A program made the position numbers and the translations under genes. A stretch of DNA of 64,000 bases. Origin: Eubacteriales bacterium (GTDB taxonomy: Bacteria; Bacillota; Clostridia; Oscillospirales; CAG-272). The stretch lies in contig JAZSFA010000097.1 of NCBI GenBank assembly GCA_045531965.1, forward strand, positions 7,935 to 71,934, written 5' to 3'. Below the pieces are notes generated by a model that saw nothing but the letters and a program-made list of their open reading frames with translations, ran no database searches and had not been told where the DNA came from. Every line of letters begins with the position of its first letter. Position 1 is the stretch's first letter. Shown one piece after another: positions 25,776 to 34,150 of this stretch.

Positions 25776-26846
25776 ATGAAAAAACTGAACGTTGCCATCA
25801 TCGGTCAAGGACGAAGCGGTAAGGATATCCACGGTACATACTATCGCAGTGAAAACAATCGCTACTTCTCTGTCAAGTACGTTGTGGAAGCCGATGCTTT
25901 CCGTCGTCAGGTGTCGGAGGAACTCTATCCCGGCTGTCGTAGCCTTTCGGATTATACCGAGTTGTTTGCTTTTGATGATATTGATCTTGTTATCAACGCC
26001 ACTTATTCCGACATGCACTATCCCATCACCAAGGATCTTTTGCTGCACGGAAAAAACGTTTTGGTAGAAAAACCCTTCGCCCGCTCGCGGTATGAGTGCG
26101 ACGAGCTCATGCGTATCGCCGAACAGCAGGGCGTGATCCTTGCTGTATTCCAACAGACCTTTTTCGCCCCCTTCTATCAGTTTACCTACGATATCATTCG
26201 TTCGGGCAAGTTGGGAGACGTGAAGCAGATCAACATCCGCTACAACGGCTTTGCCCGCCGTTGGGACTGGCAGACCCTACAGAAGAAATGCGCGGGCAGT
26301 ACCTACAATACGGGCCCCCATCCCATTGGTATGGGATTGGGTTTTTTTGATTTCGACCCTAACGTGCGGGTGGCATACAGCAAGTTGGATACTGCGCTCA
26401 CCAGCGGGGACGCCGACGATTACGCCAAAATCCTTCTGACCGCACCGAACCATCCCCTTGTAGATATTGAGATTACCTCGATTGACGCCTACTCGGGGTA
26501 TAACCTGAAAGTTTTGGGTACCAAAGGCACCCTCAAGGTAACGCCGAATGCCTATGAGATGACCTACATCGTGGACGGTGAGAATCCCGACCGTCCCGTG
26601 GTTGAAACCTTCCTCCACGATGATGCCGGAAATCCCATCTATTGCTCGGAACCGCTCATCAAGCACGTGGAGGCAGACAACTTCAACGGAAGCGCCTTTG
26701 ACGTGGGAACAGCAACCCTCTACGAACAGCTCTACTACAAAATTACTGAAGGACGGGAGATGACCGTCACAGCAAAAATGGCGGCGGCCGTCATTTCGGT
26801 CATTGAGGAGGTTCACGCCGCAAATCCCCTACCCCTTAAGTATTAA
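25776..26846 (+). CDS. Gfo/Idh/MocA-family NAD(P) oxidoreductase
   Basis: VAIIGQGRSG Rossmann motif; VLVEKP; NTGPH. Confidence 0.9.
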   Translation: MKKLNVAIIGQGRSGKDIHGTYYRSENNRYFSVKYVVEADAFRRQVSEELYPGCRSLSDYTELFAFDDIDLVINATYSDMHYPITKDLLLHGKNVLVEKPFARSRYECDELMRIAEQQGVILAVFQQTFFAPFYQFTYDIIRSGKLGDVKQINIRYNGFARRWDWQTLQKKCAGSTYNTGPHPIGMGLGFFDFDPNVRVAYSKLDTALTSGDADDYAKILLTAPNHPLVDIEITSIDAYSGYNLKVLGTKGTLKVTPNAYEMTYIVDGENPDRPVVETFLHDDAGNPIYCSEPLIKHVEADNFNGSAFDVGTATLYEQLYYKITEGREMTVTAKMAAAVISVIEEVHAANPLPLKY

Positions 26847-26858
26847 GGAGATGACAAC

Positions 26859-27728
26859 ATGAAAAAAATCGCCATTCTCGGATGCGAAAACTCTCACGCC
26901 GATGCTTTCCTGTCTTTCATCAAGGGAAAAGAGGAATTTTCCGACGTAGAAGTCGTAGGCGTATATAGCGACCATACCGAGGCAGCCGAAAAGCTGCATG
27001 AGAACTTTGACGTTCCTGTCATGAAGCATTACGCCGATGCTGTTGGAGAAATCGACGGTCTGATCATCACAGCACGACACGGGGGCAGTCACTATAAGTT
27101 CGCACGCCCCTACATCGAAAGCGGTATTCCCATGTTCATTGATAAGCCCATTACCATCAGCGAGGAAGATGCCGTTGCGTTTATGAAAGCGTTGAAGACT
27201 CGAGGTGTCCGTATCTCCGGAGGCTCATCGCTCAAGCAGGATGCCTACGTCGGACAGCTCAAATGTGATGTTGCCAACGAGGTCGGGGGCAAGACTTTAG
27301 GCGGATATGTCCGTGCGCCCTATCAAAGAGAAAACCCCTACGGGGGATTCTACTTCTATGCCCAACATCTGGTTGAAATGGTCTGTGAGATTTTTGGAAG
27401 ATTCCCTCTGTCCGTGACCGCTCGTCAAAACGGCGCCAATCTGCACGTGCTGTTTCATTACGAAAGCTACGATTGCGTAGGACTTTTCTGCGACAACAGC
27501 TACCATTACTACGCCGCCCGTATGGCGGAAGTAGGTTCCACAGGTTATGAAATCCCCTCCACAAACGATTGGTTTTACAGAGAGTTCCGAGAATTCTACG
27601 GTATTCTCTCGGGCGGAAATCAAATCATCGGCTACGATGAATTCATATCCCCTGTTATGATCATGAATGCCATCATGCGTTCTTTGGAGAGCGGGAAAGA
27701 AGAACTGATCCCCAAGATTTGCCTGTAA
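26859..27728 (+). CDS. Gfo/Idh/MocA-family oxidoreductase (DKP variant)
   Basis: IAILGCENSHA; PMFIDKP; FYAQHLVEM. Confidence 0.85.
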   Translation: MKKIAILGCENSHADAFLSFIKGKEEFSDVEVVGVYSDHTEAAEKLHENFDVPVMKHYADAVGEIDGLIITARHGGSHYKFARPYIESGIPMFIDKPITISEEDAVAFMKALKTRGVRISGGSSLKQDAYVGQLKCDVANEVGGKTLGGYVRAPYQRENPYGGFYFYAQHLVEMVCEIFGRFPLSVTARQNGANLHVLFHYESYDCVGLFCDNSYHYYAARMAEVGSTGYEIPSTNDWFYREFREFYGILSGGNQIIGYDEFISPVMIMNAIMRSLESGKEELIPKICL

Positions 27729-27741
27729 GGAGATCCTACCT

Positions 27742-28584
27742 ATGAGCCATTGCATACTATCTGCGTTTGCGGATGAATACGCCGCATCTTTTGAGAAACA
27801 GTTGTATGGACTTCGTCAATTTGGGATTGACTATATCGAAATCCGTCACGTAGATGGCAAAAACATATCACTTCTATCTGACAATGAAGTCAAGGAAGCC
27901 AAGAAAAAATTGGATGCTTTGGGCATTCAGGTGTCCGCTATCGGTTCACCCTTAGGAAAAATCCACTTAGACGAAGACATAGGGGCGCATTTGGAGATGG
28001 CAAGGCAAATTTTTGAAGCCGCCAACGTGATGGAAGCGAAATACGTGCGCGTATTCAGCTTCTACGCACCGAGTGGAAAAAGCATCGGACGCATGAAGAA
28101 TCAAGTGCTGGATGAACTTGACAAGCTCATCGCTTTAGCAAGTGAATACGGCATTACGCTGTGCCACGAAAATGAAGCGAACATATACGGTGAAACCCCA
28201 GAACGTTGTCGAGAGCTGTTAGACAGTTTCGACGGGCAACTCAAATGTGTATTTGATATGGGAAATTTTGTTTTGGAAGGTGTGGATCCCTACCCTGAAG
28301 CTTACAGGCTCCTGCAAAAGGATATCGTCTATTTCCACATCAAGGATGCATTGGCAGCGGGAGCCGTCGTGCCTCCCGGTAAGGGAGAGGCAAGGATCAG
28401 AGAAATACTCTCGGCACATAAACTATATGCAACCGAGGATTTTTTCGTATCTCTTGAGCCACATCTGCAAACCTTTTCGGGACTCAATGCGCTCGTTGGT
28501 CGTTCCTTCGAAAATCCTTATCAATACCCGAATGCCGAAAGTGCTTTTGCCGATGCTGTTGTGAAATGTAAGGAGTTACTGTAA
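27742..28584 (+). CDS. Sugar phosphate isomerase/epimerase (xylose-isomerase-like TIM barrel)
   Basis: LSAFADE; LCHENE; FDMGN; HIKD; SLEPH metal ligands. Confidence 0.9.
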   Translation: MSHCILSAFADEYAASFEKQLYGLRQFGIDYIEIRHVDGKNISLLSDNEVKEAKKKLDALGIQVSAIGSPLGKIHLDEDIGAHLEMARQIFEAANVMEAKYVRVFSFYAPSGKSIGRMKNQVLDELDKLIALASEYGITLCHENEANIYGETPERCRELLDSFDGQLKCVFDMGNFVLEGVDPYPEAYRLLQKDIVYFHIKDALAAGAVVPPGKGEARIREILSAHKLYATEDFFVSLEPHLQTFSGLNALVGRSFENPYQYPNAESAFADAVVKCKELL

Positions 28585-29349
28585 ATGAGAATCATAAAAA
28601 AAGATTTGTTATCTGTCAAAATATTTGAAACCAGAGCAGACATGGGAATGTCCGCTGCCATGGACGTTAAGGCGTGTATCCTTTCCCTTCTTAAGACCAA
28701 AGAAACCCTCAATATGATCTTTGCCGCTGCACCTTCACAAAACGAGGTGTTGGCTTCTCTGGTCGCGGATCCCGACATTCCTTGGAATCGTATCAACGCT
28801 TTCCACATGGATGAATACGTAGGGCTCTCTCCAAGTGCCCCTCAAGGATTCGGAAACTTCTTGAAGGATCATATTTTCGGCTTGGTGTCTTTCAGGAGCA
28901 TTCACTATATAGATATCGCAGCACCTGATGCTGAGGCAGAATGCGCTCGCTACACTGCCCTTCTGAAGCAGTATCCCACAGATATTGTGATCATGGGCAT
29001 TGGCGAGAACGGTCATATTGCTTTCAACGATCCGCCCGTGGCAGACTTCAACGACCCCAAGGCGGTCAAGACCGTGGCTCTCGACGAAATCTGCCGCAAC
29101 CAGCAGGTACATGACGGTTGCTTTGCCCGTATTGAAGACGTCCCCCAATCAGCCATTACTCTGACTGTTCCCACCTTGTTTGCAGGAAAGCATCTCTTCT
29201 GTATCGTCCCCGCCCAAACCAAAGCGGCGGCCGTTCGTGCCACGCTGACCGACAAGATTGGGGAACAATGCCCAGCCACCATTCTGCGCCGCCACACGAG
29301 CGCAGTACTGTATTTGGACGGCGACAGCAGTGCCCTTCTTCAAAGCTAA
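28585..29349 (+). CDS. nagB: Glucosamine-6-phosphate deaminase-like
   Basis: FHMDEYVG; MGIGENGHIAFNDP; CPATILRRH. Confidence 0.85.
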   Translation: MRIIKKDLLSVKIFETRADMGMSAAMDVKACILSLLKTKETLNMIFAAAPSQNEVLASLVADPDIPWNRINAFHMDEYVGLSPSAPQGFGNFLKDHIFGLVSFRSIHYIDIAAPDAEAECARYTALLKQYPTDIVIMGIGENGHIAFNDPPVADFNDPKAVKTVALDEICRNQQVHDGCFARIEDVPQSAITLTVPTLFAGKHLFCIVPAQTKAAAVRATLTDKIGEQCPATILRRHTSAVLYLDGDSSALLQS

Positions 29350-29351
29350 TC

Positions 29352-30512
29352 ATGAAAAGAATCAAGAGTGATCGAATCATACTGCCCGACGGATTATTTA
29401 GCGGGTACATTTATTTTAAAAACGACAGGATCACCGACGTGTCCGCTTCCAACTGCCCGGTCAGTCAGGAATACGATGCCACAGGTTACTACGTCAGCCC
29501 GGGGTTCATCGATATTCACACCCATGGCGGTGGTGGAAATCCCTTTGAAGGGAGCGTGGATGAGATCATCGCCGGATGCAACTTCCATTTGAAGCACGGA
29601 ACCACCGCCATATGTCCCACAGTCTCAGCTGCGGAGTTTTCCAGCATGGCACGCTCTGTTGAAAACATCCGTCAAGCCATGGCAGATCCTCGCGTGCGTG
29701 GAACCATCCTCGGTGCCCATTTGGAGGGTCCCTATCTATCCACAAAGCAAACAGGCGCACAGTGCGCTGATTTCATCACTGCGCCTCGAAGAGATGACTA
29801 TCTACCTCTGCTGGAAAAATATGCCGACGTGATTGCCCGCTGGAGCTACGCCCCGGAAAACGACACAGGAGAGGACTTTGTCAAGGCATTAAAGCGATAC
29901 GGTGTGGTAGCATCCGCGGGTCATACCGACGCGATTTACGACGATATATTAAGAGCCATGGAGAGCGGCTGCTGTCTTATCACCCATCTGTATTCCTGCA
30001 CTTCCACCATCACCAGGGATCACGGATTCCGCAGGCTCGGCGTCATCGAAACTGCCTATCTCTTGAAGGATTTGTTTGTAGAGATCATCTGTGACGGCAA
30101 ACACCTGCCCCCGGAACTGATCAGACTGATCTATCAGATCAAAGGCGCGGACAGGATCGCCCTGGTAACCGACAGTCTGTCTTTGGCGGGGACAGATCAG
30201 ACTCACGGCTTCATGCAAAGCACTGAATTTATCATCGAGGATGGTGTCTGCAAACTGATGGATCGCAGCGCCTTTGCGGGTAGCATCGCCACGGCAGACA
30301 GGCTGGTTCGCGTTGCCGCTCGCGAGGCGGGGATTCCGCTGACAGATGCCGTCAAAATGATAACCGCTACGCCCGCGAAAATCATGAACCTCCCTCACAA
30401 GGGACAGATCGCGGCGGGAATGGATGCGGATTTCGTGGTGTTTGACGGGGATATCCAAATCAAAAACGTCTTTGCCAACGGGGTCATGGTTGATCAGGAA
30501 TCGTTGGACTGA
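29352..30512 (+). CDS. nagA: N-acetylglucosamine-6-phosphate deacetylase
   Basis: PGFIDIHTHG; GAHLEGPY; AGHTD; THLY; ICDGKH; FAGS; start moved to ATG 29352. Confidence 0.92.
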   Translation: MKRIKSDRIILPDGLFSGYIYFKNDRITDVSASNCPVSQEYDATGYYVSPGFIDIHTHGGGGNPFEGSVDEIIAGCNFHLKHGTTAICPTVSAAEFSSMARSVENIRQAMADPRVRGTILGAHLEGPYLSTKQTGAQCADFITAPRRDDYLPLLEKYADVIARWSYAPENDTGEDFVKALKRYGVVASAGHTDAIYDDILRAMESGCCLITHLYSCTSTITRDHGFRRLGVIETAYLLKDLFVEIICDGKHLPPELIRLIYQIKGADRIALVTDSLSLAGTDQTHGFMQSTEFIIEDGVCKLMDRSAFAGSIATADRLVRVAAREAGIPLTDAVKMITATPAKIMNLPHKGQIAAGMDADFVVFDGDIQIKNVFANGVMVDQESLD

Positions 30513-30586
30513 AAAGCAAGGCGAGCCAAACGTGAAATTTTGGGTGCCGGTTTCGTCCCTGCGCTTCTTATGAGCGGTGCATCATA

Positions 30587-30625
30587 TCAAAAAATCGGAG
30601 GCTCTATGGAGCCTTCGATTTTTGA
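30587..30625 (+). terminator. Terminator-like hairpin after nagA
   Basis: AAAATCGGAGGCTC-tatg-GAGCCTTCGATTTTT. Confidence 0.7.
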
Positions 30626-30727
30626 TTCTACAGTAAATTTTGCTTTTGATGATCCGCACTTTGAGCCTTACATCAGACGTTGGCAAGCATATTTGACCCA
30701 ATTATCATATAAATCGAACAAAATTGA

Positions 30728-30756
30728 TTGACAAATCTTCGAAAAAGTGCTATTAT
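30728..30756 (+). promoter_or_regulatory. sigmaA promoter
   Basis: TTGACA-17 bp-TATTAT with TG extension. Confidence 0.7.
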
Positions 30757-30825
30757 TTGTATAAACAAAAATATCACCTATCCGCACCGCTTACGGTGCA
30801 GATGTGAGCACAGAAAGGATTGACC

Positions 30826-32733
30826 ATGATGAAAAAATTTTTGGCCGTGCTGTTACTGATGCTGGCGTGCGCGCTTCTGTTCGGCTGCGTGCAGGAAGTG
30901 CCTCATGAACCCGCCACCGACACCACGCCTTCAGTAGATGAATCCCACCCCCCTGTGACCGATCCTCCCGAAACAATGCCCAACACAGAAGAGGAAACCC
31001 AGCCCGCCACAGAGGAAGCCACCACTAAAGATGAAGAGCCTACCGAACCCGCGGCTGTCGCCCTGTACCAGCTGGCTCCGGAAAAGAACAGTCTGATGCA
31101 GTCCTACGTTATCAAAACATCGAACGGCAAGCTCATTGTCATTGACGGCGGTATCGACGGCGAGGGGCGCGACCGCGATCCCTACATGCCTGCCGCTCTG
31201 CGCTCCATTCTGGGCTTGGGGCAGGACGATTACTTCGAGGTGGAGGCTTGGTTCCTCTCCCACGGTCACAAGGATCACATGTATGAATTATCCAAGATGC
31301 TGCGGGACTACTCCGAAGAGTCCAACTACAAGATCAACAACATTTACTTCGACTTCCCCGAGTTCGGCAGTGAGGAGTATCCCACCGAGAACGCCGACAT
31401 GGAGTTTTCCCAGATCAAAGAAAATATCAACAAGTACGGCGCAGCCATCGGGGCTACGGTCAAGGACGGCTCCACCTACTACGATGATATCAATGGCGCC
31501 TTTATCAACAGCGAATCGGTAGCTAAAGGTCTGTCCCTTGAGATTGACGGTGTGAAGATCGATATCCTCCAGACATGGGATCCCGCTGACGGCTTCAGCA
31601 ACATCAACGATACCTCCCTGGTGCTTCGCTTCCATATCGGTGAGCAGACCGTCCTGTTCCTGAACGACCTGGGCGTCAACGGCGGCCGCCGTCTGCTGGC
31701 TACCTACGGGGATCAGCTGAAGTGCGACATGGTTCAGATGGCCCACCACGGCCAGGCGGGCGTGAATAAGGACGTGTACGACGCCATCGACGCCGACGTC
31801 CACCTGTGGCCCACCCCCATCTGGGTGTGGAACAACTCCAACGGTATCTACCAGATCGACGACGTCCGCCAGTGGCTGTACGGAGAGACCTTCCTCGAGG
31901 GCAGTGAGTACGACATTGTATCTTGCCTATATGATAAATATCCTTCCGGCAGTACTGTGACAAGAACTTGGAGCAGAGTCATTGACGGCATGAAGATCGA
32001 ATTCCCCTATATCGTGCCTGAGCGTCCCGAGCCCGAGACCGAGCCTGAGACCGAGCCCGAGGTGATCGAGCCCGTGGATCACGATTACGTGAGCGACGGC
32101 CTGGTGGCCTACTACAGCGGTACCCAGTCCACCCGCGGCGGTCACGACAAGGATTCCGCTGTCTGGCAGGATCTGGTGGGCGGTCACGACATGGCCATCA
32201 CCAAGAATGACGACAACTACTTCTCCGACACGGGCCTGCGAGCCAAGGGCGTCAAGCACAACTTCCCCCAGGCCATCGTGGACACCGTCAACGGCCAGGC
32301 CTTCACCATTGAGATCCTGCTGGGTGATTTCGTGTCGGTGGGCAACGAGTTCAACACCTTCATCAACGGCTCGGGTGACGAGATCGCCCTGTTCCGCCGC
32401 AATTCGGTGGACGAACTGGAGCTGAAGTTCCAGATCAATGCCGGCGTCCGCATCAAGGTCAAGGACTGCCTGAATCTGTTGCAGAACAGTCTGATCACCA
32501 TCACCTACACTCAGAACGACGTGGTTCGTCTGTACGTCAACGGCGAGCTGAAGGGGGAGACGCCCACCATCAGCGGTTCCCTGGGCGCGTCGGATCTCTT
32601 CATCGGACACAACGCCCAGAACAAGATGTTCGACACCACCTACCGTTCCGTCCGCTTCTACGACCGCGCCCTGACCGCCGAGGAGGTTGCAGCGAACGCG
32701 GTGGTAGATGGGTATGGAGTCACGGCAGAGTGA
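30826..32733 (+). CDS. Lipoprotein: ComEC/Pce-like metallo-beta-lactamase-fold hydrolase with C-terminal LamG/ConA-like domain
   Basis: Lipobox LFGC; VIDGG, SHGHKDH, NDTSLV, QMAHHG; PEPETEPETEPE linker; LYVNGE...VRFYDRALTAEEV. Confidence 0.85.
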   Translation: MMKKFLAVLLLMLACALLFGCVQEVPHEPATDTTPSVDESHPPVTDPPETMPNTEEETQPATEEATTKDEEPTEPAAVALYQLAPEKNSLMQSYVIKTSNGKLIVIDGGIDGEGRDRDPYMPAALRSILGLGQDDYFEVEAWFLSHGHKDHMYELSKMLRDYSEESNYKINNIYFDFPEFGSEEYPTENADMEFSQIKENINKYGAAIGATVKDGSTYYDDINGAFINSESVAKGLSLEIDGVKIDILQTWDPADGFSNINDTSLVLRFHIGEQTVLFLNDLGVNGGRRLLATYGDQLKCDMVQMAHHGQAGVNKDVYDAIDADVHLWPTPIWVWNNSNGIYQIDDVRQWLYGETFLEGSEYDIVSCLYDKYPSGSTVTRTWSRVIDGMKIEFPYIVPERPEPETEPETEPEVIEPVDHDYVSDGLVAYYSGTQSTRGGHDKDSAVWQDLVGGHDMAITKNDDNYFSDTGLRAKGVKHNFPQAIVDTVNGQAFTIEILLGDFVSVGNEFNTFINGSGDEIALFRRNSVDELELKFQINAGVRIKVKDCLNLLQNSLITITYTQNDVVRLYVNGELKGETPTISGSLGASDLFIGHNAQNKMFDTTYRSVRFYDRALTAEEVAANAVVDGYGVTAE

Positions 32734-32767
32734 GCGTTCGCCGTAGCGTGATATCCTCATAATTATT

Positions 32768-32811
32768 GATCGCCCCTGACGCAAAATTTTGCATCAGGGG
32801 CGATCCCCTTT
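32768..32811 (+). terminator. Hairpin terminator
   Basis: GATCGCCCCTGA...TCAGGGGCGATC. Confidence 0.7.
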
Positions 32812-32894
32812 GGAATTTCACGGCTTGACAAATTTGTTGAATGACATAAAAGCCTGTAATTTTTCCGTGAAGGCTTGTTTTTTTGAAAAAAATA

Positions 32895-32903
32895 TGTTAT
32901 AAT
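32895..32903 (+). promoter_or_regulatory. Extended -10 element of the membrane LuxR gene
   Basis: TGtTATAAT; TTGTTT 17 bp upstream. Confidence 0.5.
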
Positions 32904-32934
32904 GGTTTATAGGGTAAGAAAAGGAGGTGTGACC

Positions 32935-33894
32935 ATGGTAATCGCATATATAGTTATGTTCATTTTGGCTCTGCTATTGCCCCTTGTATATTTTCTCTTC
33001 GTGCAAAAAACGCAAAATGAACCTTGGCTATTAGTCCTATACATATGTGTTTGCATCGCCACTTTGGGTTGGTTACTTCTTTCCATTTCCCCCAGCGTAA
33101 ATTGTGCCCTGTGGGCTAATAAGATCGCATATTTAGGTCAGGTTTTCATCCCCCTTTGTATGTTCATGATCATCTCCAAGCTCTGCGGCTTCCGCTACAG
33201 TCGCTCCTTGGTCTTCTCCCTGGTGGGTGTCTCGGTTCTGATGTTTGCCATGGTCATGACCACGGGTTATCTGGATTGGTACTACGCCAAAGTCACCCTT
33301 GAATATGCCGATGGCGCTGCCAAGCTGGTCAAAGAATACGGTTTTCTCCATCCTTTATATCTATTCTACATTCTCGGATATTTTGCAGCCATGATCACGG
33401 TGACCGCCATTTCTCTGCGCAGAAACAAGGAAGGATCTCCAAAGCTTGCGGGGCTGATGCTGGCGGTCGTTCTCGGCAACATCGGTATTTGGATCATTGA
33501 GAAATTTATTCCCTTGAATTTTGAATTTTTGTCAGTTTCTTACTTAATGAGCGAGACGGTTTTCTTCTTCGTCTATCTTCTTCTGCAAGATTATATTCAC
33601 GTAAGAGATATTCCACCGCCTGTCATTGTCAAGGAAAAAGTACCTATCATTGTAGTGGATACCATCCCGAGAGCCGAAAAGATCAAAGCGATCCTTGAAA
33701 GAGTCCCGCAAGGAACCACCCTTTCCGCCCGCCAAATGGACGTGTTGGAGGGGATTCTTGACGGAAAGAGTCGCAAAGAAATTGCGGCAGATCTTCACCT
33801 TTCCGAAAACACGATAAAGATGCATACTTCCTCGCTCTACAGATTGCTTGACGTATCCAGTCGCGAGGAAATTTACGCGATCTTCAAAACCTAA
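32935..33894 (+). CDS. Membrane-embedded one-component regulator: about 7 TM helices plus LuxR HTH
   Basis: About seven hydrophobic segments (HisKA_7TM-like NKIAYLG); LSARQMDVLEGILDGKSRKEIAADLHLSENTIKMH; AGGAGG RBS before ATG 32935. Confidence 0.88.
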   Translation: MVIAYIVMFILALLLPLVYFLFVQKTQNEPWLLVLYICVCIATLGWLLLSISPSVNCALWANKIAYLGQVFIPLCMFMIISKLCGFRYSRSLVFSLVGVSVLMFAMVMTTGYLDWYYAKVTLEYADGAAKLVKEYGFLHPLYLFYILGYFAAMITVTAISLRRNKEGSPKLAGLMLAVVLGNIGIWIIEKFIPLNFEFLSVSYLMSETVFFFVYLLLQDYIHVRDIPPPVIVKEKVPIIVVDTIPRAEKIKAILERVPQGTTLSARQMDVLEGILDGKSRKEIAADLHLSENTIKMHTSSLYRLLDVSSREEIYAIFKT

Positions 33895-33913
33895 AGTTTT
33901 TTCATAATGCTTC

Positions 33914-33943
33914 AAGGCGGTAGCCATGGCTACCGCCTTTTTT
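33914..33943 (+). terminator. Rho-independent terminator
   Basis: AAGGCGGTAGCCATGGCTACCGCCTTTTTT. Confidence 0.85.
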
Positions 33944-33961
33944 GCGCTTTATGCTGCTTTT

Positions 33962-34037
33962 TACCCCCAAAACACCCTTAAACACCCCCAAAGCACCCTT
34001 GGCGGGTGTATTTTTTTATACTTATATATGATATATT
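33962..34037 (+). promoter_or_regulatory. Promoter with phased CACCC array
   Basis: (T/C)ACCC at 33962, 33973, 33983, 33994, inverted GGGTG at 34004; TATACT at 34017 or TGaTATATT at 34029-34037. Confidence 0.7.
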
Positions 34038-34150
34038 TATTATGTTAGTGTTGTGGTTCTGTCCCAATGCTTGGTCATTTGTGCAGAAGAGGAAAAGCAC
34101 ATTCAACGCTGGCGAAACAGTCCCCGTGTAAACGGTAAAGGAGAAAAAAC

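Noticed and set aside
30826-32000. Antibiotic-resistance metallo-beta-lactamase
   Set aside because: Motifs fit the ComEC/Pce-like subgroup, not class B beta-lactamases
21061-34008. CACCC arrays as CRISPR or plasmid iterons
   Set aside because: Units are 5-6 bp with no spacers; no cas or rep genes; positions fit promoters
34042-34131. 29-aa ORF (MLVLWFCPNAW...) in the leader of the surface array
   Set aside because: No RBS and no similarity to the leader ORF at 20841-20987; may be chance
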